A DNA stretch of 64,000 bases. Source: Caecitellus pseudoparvulus (taxonomy: Eukaryota > Protista > Bigyra: Bicosoecida). This document shows, piece by piece, positions 59,848 to 64,000 of the stretch. Made by a program: the position numbers and the translations under genes. How positions within the stretch are numbered: position 1 is the first letter of the stretch; each line of letters opens with the position of its first letter. The notes beneath the pieces are model-generated. The model saw only the letters and a program-made list of their open reading frames with translations, did not search any database and was not told the DNA's origin. Location: positions 868,001 through 932,000 of the forward strand of contig CBFFRQ010000013.1 in the NCBI GenBank assembly GCA_965644315.1, given 5' to 3'.

Positions 59848-61980
59848 TCAGGCCTCCTTGACCAGTTTCAGCAGGGGCAGCGCTGCGGGGCCCAGCGTGC
59901 CCAGTCCTTGCATGGCCAGGGCGGACACGCGAGCGCGAATGTCGGAGTGCACGTGTGCCACCAGTGCTGCACAGGAGACAGATGCGAATGCCGGTTGGTG
60001 GCAGCAGTGCTGAGCCAGGCCAGTAGCATCGTTGCAGCCAGACCAGGCCAGGAAAGCGTCCCGCAAGGCCAGCATGCAACGGGCCGCATGCAGCGCAGCC
60101 TGCACGCTGTGGCCAGGCTGCAGCCCTTCCCGCGCAATGCACAGCACCTCCTCCGTGCAAGACTCGGCACAGTCGGGAGGCAGCAGCGCTCTCCACGCTG
60201 CCAGGGTGTGCGCTGCGGCCGCCGTGCGCTGTTCGCTGGCGTGTTCAGCGGAAACACTGCGTGAGTGCTTGCGGTGCCACAGCAGTGGCGTGCCGATGTT
60301 TCCGACGGCTGCAGGGGCCTCAGGGGGATCTGCACTGAAAGACAACTTGCGCAGCCACAGCGCATAGTCCTCTGCATGCCCGTCAGCGGCTCTGTACGGC
60401 GTGTCGCCCCACCACTCCCGCGTCGCAACGAGGGTTGGGTGCACGAGGCTGCACTGCCACAGCATGCGCCAAGCCAGCAACACCGGGTGGCACGGCTGTC
60501 GAGACACCACAAAGTCCCCGGGCTCTGGGCAGGGCGCCACCACGTCAGAGGAGCTGGCATCAAAGAGTGCCGCAGCGGCGCCACAGGCTTGCAGGCCGTT
60601 CCCGCGCATGTGCAGGATTGTGCTGCTCAGGCGATGTGGAACACAGACGTCGTCGGCATCCATGCGTGCAATGTACTCGGCGTGTGGGCGGCAGACAGCC
60701 AGGCCCCTGTTTAGCGCCACAGCAACGCCGCATTGCTGGTCCAGGTGGAGCAGGGTGCAGCGTGCGTTGCTGGCGGTTTGAGAAGCGCTGTCATGATGCA
60801 GAGGCCCCCACAGGTCCTCTGCTGCCTTGCATAGAACCTCCCACGTGTCATCGCTACTGCCGTCGTCGACAACGACGGTGTGCGTGTCCAGGTCCAATTG
60901 AGCGCCGCTACTCTGTGCAGCGATGCTGCCCAGCGCAGCCACCACAGTGTCTGCTGCGTTGTGCGTGGGCATGACGATGTCCACGGCACAAGGCGGCACG
61001 GTGGAGCCTTCTGGTGCAGGTTCCTTTGATTCCAGCTCGAATAATCCAATGTGCACGGAGGAAAAGTGGTGTCCAGCGTAGCTTGCTGCGTTGAGCCGAC
61101 TTGGGCCACCTGCCAGCTGCAACAGGCCCTCTGCACTTGTGCAGGGCGCGCCCTCGGCGTCCGATTCAAAGACGGCATTGGAAAAGTGATCTTGTACTCG
61201 ATTTACCGTGATGCAGGTGCAACAAGGGGCTACTGGGCATGCCATGAGTGGTGTGCGGTCAGGTGGAGTGTCTTGCGGCAAAAGTGCTGCAATGCCCTCG
61301 CCGCGGCACACGCGAGCACCTGCGGCCTCCAGCAAGTTCGGGTGAGACAAGGGGTTCGTGTCACCGCTTTCGCCAGCGACGCTCGCGAGGATCCTCTCCA
61401 CAGCGCCCGCCCTGAGGGCTGTCGCACACAACTCAAACGGGTACCGCCAGTCCCCGCTGCCTGCCTGCGCCGTTTGAAGGGGCCCTGTGCAGAAGCTGGC
61501 GGGCACCGACTGGCGATGGCGCAGGGACAGCTTGGGCACAGAGCAAACTGCATCAGGGGGGTGTGCATACTCGACGCTGGGGTGCAGCTTGAAGTGGAAG
61601 CAGGCAACAGCTGGGTTGGACAGCGCGGCATGGGCTGCCGACCAGGCAAAGGCGGCATGAAAGCACACATCGTCCACAAAGAAAGCAAGGACGGGCACGC
61701 GCGAGGCAATGTCAGCGACGGTGCTCTTCAGGATGTCAGCGAAGGCTCCGCCGGGTGTGGCAGCCTCGGGCTTGGCCTTCACGTGTGGTCCGGCTCGCTT
61801 GAATTCCGCAGCATACCCCGCCTCGAAGGCCTCAGTGCTGGCGGTGAAGATGACGTGTGTCTGGATGGGCCCGTCCACCGCATACTCATCCATGCTGGCC
61901 AGCAACTGCCCCAGCTGCCATGGGCGGTCTTTAGAAAAGACGATGGCTTCGCACTGGAGCACCTGCGCTGCAGCCGCCAT
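59848..61980 (-). CDS. pgtA: PgtA-like bifunctional Skp1 glycosyltransferase: N-terminal GT74 (alpha-1,2-fucosyltransferase) + C-terminal GT2 (beta-1,3-galactosyltransferase)
   Basis: N-domain IVFSKDRPWQL...FFVDDVCF...WRYPFELCAT...HPNLLE...CITVNRVQ (GT74-like). C-domain VDIVMPTHNA, VVDDGSSD, YIARMDADD, LVHPT, AEDYALW (GT2). No signal peptide. Confidence 0.8.
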   Translation of the reverse strand: MAAAAQVLQCEAIVFSKDRPWQLGQLLASMDEYAVDGPIQTHVIFTASTEAFEAGYAAEFKRAGPHVKAKPEAATPGGAFADILKSTVADIASRVPVLAFFVDDVCFHAAFAWSAAHAALSNPAVACFHFKLHPSVEYAHPPDAVCSVPKLSLRHRQSVPASFCTGPLQTAQAGSGDWRYPFELCATALRAGAVERILASVAGESGDTNPLSHPNLLEAAGARVCRGEGIAALLPQDTPPDRTPLMACPVAPCCTCITVNRVQDHFSNAVFESDAEGAPCTSAEGLLQLAGGPSRLNAASYAGHHFSSVHIGLFELESKEPAPEGSTVPPCAVDIVMPTHNAADTVVAALGSIAAQSSGAQLDLDTHTVVVDDGSSDDTWEVLCKAAEDLWGPLHHDSASQTASNARCTLLHLDQQCGVAVALNRGLAVCRPHAEYIARMDADDVCVPHRLSSTILHMRGNGLQACGAAAALFDASSSDVVAPCPEPGDFVVSRQPCHPVLLAWRMLWQCSLVHPTLVATREWWGDTPYRAADGHAEDYALWLRKLSFSADPPEAPAAVGNIGTPLLWHRKHSRSVSAEHASEQRTAAAAHTLAAWRALLPPDCAESCTEEVLCIAREGLQPGHSVQAALHAARCMLALRDAFLAWSGCNDATGLAQHCCHQPAFASVSCAALVAHVHSDIRARVSALAMQGLGTLGPAALPLLKLVKEA

Positions 61981-62156
61981 TTGCTGCAGCCTGGCGCTGG
62001 ACAGCGGTGGATAAATCCAACTGCAACGCACAAAGTGCAAAGAGCAAACCTGCTGCAACCCGCATGCCGGGAGTGCCTGCCCTGTCCACCATAGCAGGTG
62101 TCTGTGGAGTGTTGGACATGGTGCGATTGTCCGAGCAAAGCGCCTGGCTGCCTGCA

Positions 62157-62164
62157 ATTTCCGC
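62157..62164 (+). promoter_or_regulatory. ATTTCCGC motif in the pgtA/hydrolase divergent promoter
   Basis: gcaATTTCCGC lies ~19 nt before ATG 62183. Confidence 0.45.
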
Positions 62165-62182
62165 ACCCCCCTCGCTCTGTGC

Positions 62183-64000
62183 ATGGACACACCCCTCATG
62201 GCGGGCATGAGCGGGGGCGGTCCCCGGAACCCCATCATGTACACAAAGAGCAAGGCGAACGTGCGCTCACCACTCGTGGCACGCAGCGGCGTCGGCTCCA
62301 TCAGCGGCGTGCAGTTGAGCGAGACTAGCAGCGCAGACCGCCACGCAGCACTCCGCAGCGACGCACACTTGGACGACAGCATCAGCGACGGCGAAGTCAT
62401 CATCCGCCAGCACGTGCCCATTCGCCTGCACACATCTAACGCGTGCCTGGCCTTGACGCCGCCTGTGCTTGTGGTGGTGCTGGCGCTGGGGTGTGTGGCC
62501 ACCGGAGTTCTCTGGCTCCTGCCGCCTGCAGACACACCCCTGCCCACTGACGCCTTGCCCGGCGCCTTCCAGCCGTGGGTGTTCCGGGGATCCATCGCCC
62601 TGATTGCCTTTGGTGTGCTGCTGGTGCCGCTGTACCTGCGTCTGGCTCTCTGCTGCGTTTCGCAGTCTGTCAGCGTCGCGCGTGAGCGTGACTTCATGGG
62701 AGACGCCCTGGTGGAGCAGTGCCTGTCAGGCAACAGCATCTACGAGCACTACGACGTGGCAGGCACACACAACGCCGAACGCGGAACACTGGTGTTCCTC
62801 GCCGGCGCCTCCGCCCCGCGCCACATCATGTGGCCACTGGCCCGGCGGGCTGCGGCAGGGTACAAGGTGATCGTGGTGGACTGCCCTGGGGCGGGGTCCC
62901 TGGCCAATGTGCCCTTCTCCCTGCCTCGCGCACAGCAGGTGCTGACGCGTGTTGTGGAGCGCGAGAACAAGCCCACAGCCCCCCTCATGCCGTATGGCTC
63001 ACGCGTCACGCCCACTCCCCAGCCGTTGCTGCGGACAGGGCTGGTTGCGTGGGGTGCGGCTGGGTTTGTGGCCATGCACACTGCTCTGCGGGAGCCCTCT
63101 CGCTGGGGGGGCCTGGTCATCCTGGGCCCTATGCCCGACTACATCGGCCGTTTCGCGTGTTCTGGCAACAACGTGGAACGCCTACTGGCCATCCCCTGGG
63201 TAGCTCAGCTGCGGGCACGAGACCTGAGGCGGCGTGTGAACGGGAGGCTTGTCGGGCTGGCTTTGTCGCCGGCCACGAGCAAGGGCACTGCTGTGCGCGA
63301 GGAGGGGGGGGGCGGAGGGGAGGCATCAGCTTACCCCCACCCTGGCACCGGGGAGAGGGGGGTTGCCACCTCAGAGGACCCCCCCTCGCACACCCCCCCT
63401 CCGTTGGTCGAGACCGCCTCCGTGCATGCCGACGGCAGTCTGACAGGTCCTCCAACCAGCCTGCAGGACATCTCCGAGGAGGGGGGGTCACGCCAGGCGG
63501 GAGGGGGGGTCGGACCCCCCTCCCTTCGCCGCCTCCTCTCCGGCTCCGCCTCAGGCGGTGGACCCCGCCGGAAGCTGGGCGGACGCCTGCTACCGTCTGC
63601 CCAGGGCACGGCCAGCGCACCTGCAGCCTCCCCGACTACAGCATCTGTGCCTGTGTTCGCCGGTGCAGGCGCAACTGTGACTGTGGGCGCAGGGGGCGCC
63701 GTGCCCCCCCCCCGGATGGGCGCCGTAGTGTCTGTGCTGCAGGCTGGGCCGGGGGGTCTGCCAGTCCTGGACGACTTCAACGTCGGCCTGCTGCCCTCCA
63801 TGCGCGCTGAGATGTGGGGTCTGAACCTCTTCTCGCGCCTGCGTGAGTTCCCCCGCCCCGTCACGTTCGTCGGCCCGCGCCGGTGGACACGGGAGGTGCT
63901 CGAGGCCGCCCCCGTGCGCACAGTCACCACAGCCACCTGCGAGGCGGCCTCATCGGAGGTGCTGCCGCCCCAGGAAGCCAGGCCTCTCAGTGCCGTCGCC
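62183..64000 (+). CDS. Membrane-anchored alpha/beta-hydrolase fold protein, probably catalytically inactive; runs off the window (absent from the ORF track because it has no stop)
   Basis: Manual translation: two TM segments, then GTLVFLAGAS, YKVIVVDCPGAGS, nucleophile elbow LVAWGAAG, EPSRWGGLVILG, LREFPRPVTFVG. Confidence 0.75.
   Translation, partial: MDTPLMAGMSGGGPRNPIMYTKSKANVRSPLVARSGVGSISGVQLSETSSADRHAALRSDAHLDDSISDGEVIIRQHVPIRLHTSNACLALTPPVLVVVLALGCVATGVLWLLPPADTPLPTDALPGAFQPWVFRGSIALIAFGVLLVPLYLRLALCCVSQSVSVARERDFMGDALVEQCLSGNSIYEHYDVAGTHNAERGTLVFLAGASAPRHIMWPLARRAAAGYKVIVVDCPGAGSLANVPFSLPRAQQVLTRVVERENKPTAPLMPYGSRVTPTPQPLLRTGLVAWGAAGFVAMHTALREPSRWGGLVILGPMPDYIGRFACSGNNVERLLAIPWVAQLRARDLRRRVNGRLVGLALSPATSKGTAVREEGGGGGEASAYPHPGTGERGVATSEDPPSHTPPPLVETASVHADGSLTGPPTSLQDISEEGGSRQAGGGVGPPSLRRLLSGSASGGGPRRKLGGRLLPSAQGTASAPAASPTTASVPVFAGAGATVTVGAGGAVPPPRMGAVVSVLQAGPGGLPVLDDFNVGLLPSMRAEMWGLNLFSRLREFPRPVTFVGPRRWTREVLEAAPVRTVTTATCEAASSEVLPPQEARPLSAVA

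Noticed and set aside
1-64000. CRISPR arrays, rRNA, tRNA, or host introns with obvious TIR/TSD (existing short introners)
   Set aside because: None seen by eye. The host introns examined share no sequence with the transposon TIRs. A tRNAscan/Rfam run would be needed to exclude RNA genes fully.

Overview
This is a GC-rich, very gene-dense eukaryotic region with short (~47-110 nt) GT-AG introns. It comes from a flagellated protist, probably a heterotrophic stramenopile/SAR lineage; this is inferred from DRC2, CFAP92 and a PgtA with GT74-then-GT2 domain order. About 21 host genes are supported: FANCD2, a CPA2 antiporter, NUP205, an unknown helical protein, a TPT-family transporter, DRC2/CCDC65, TRAPPC1, an NCS-type EF-hand protein, SPPL2, a Dcd1-like Ntn hydrolase, a Kv channel, an ARP4-like protein, a BAH protein, a C2 + permuted NlpC/P60 membrane protein, two tandem SAM methyltransferases, an unknown basic protein, CFAP92, a uridine kinase, a GT90, PgtA and a probable alpha/beta pseudo-hydrolase. 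The main finding is an intact 5036-bp DNA transposon (41445-46480) inserted antisense into methyltransferase copy 2. It has an 8-bp TSD (CAAGTCGC), 34-bp imperfect TIRs and an intron-containing DDE transposase of the C/DxxH class. On the host sense strand its ends provide a GT donor 1 nt inside one end and a pyrimidine-rich CAG acceptor 18 nt inside the other. Splicing there would leave 1+18+8=27 nt, in frame and stop-free, so it is a candidate autonomous 'introner'-type element. Other observations: mosaic near-identity between the two methyltransferases, a recurrent ATTTCCGC motif near gene starts, and overlapping or abutting stop codons in convergent gene pairs. All protein family calls come from recalled motifs, not database searches, and exon boundaries were read by eye.
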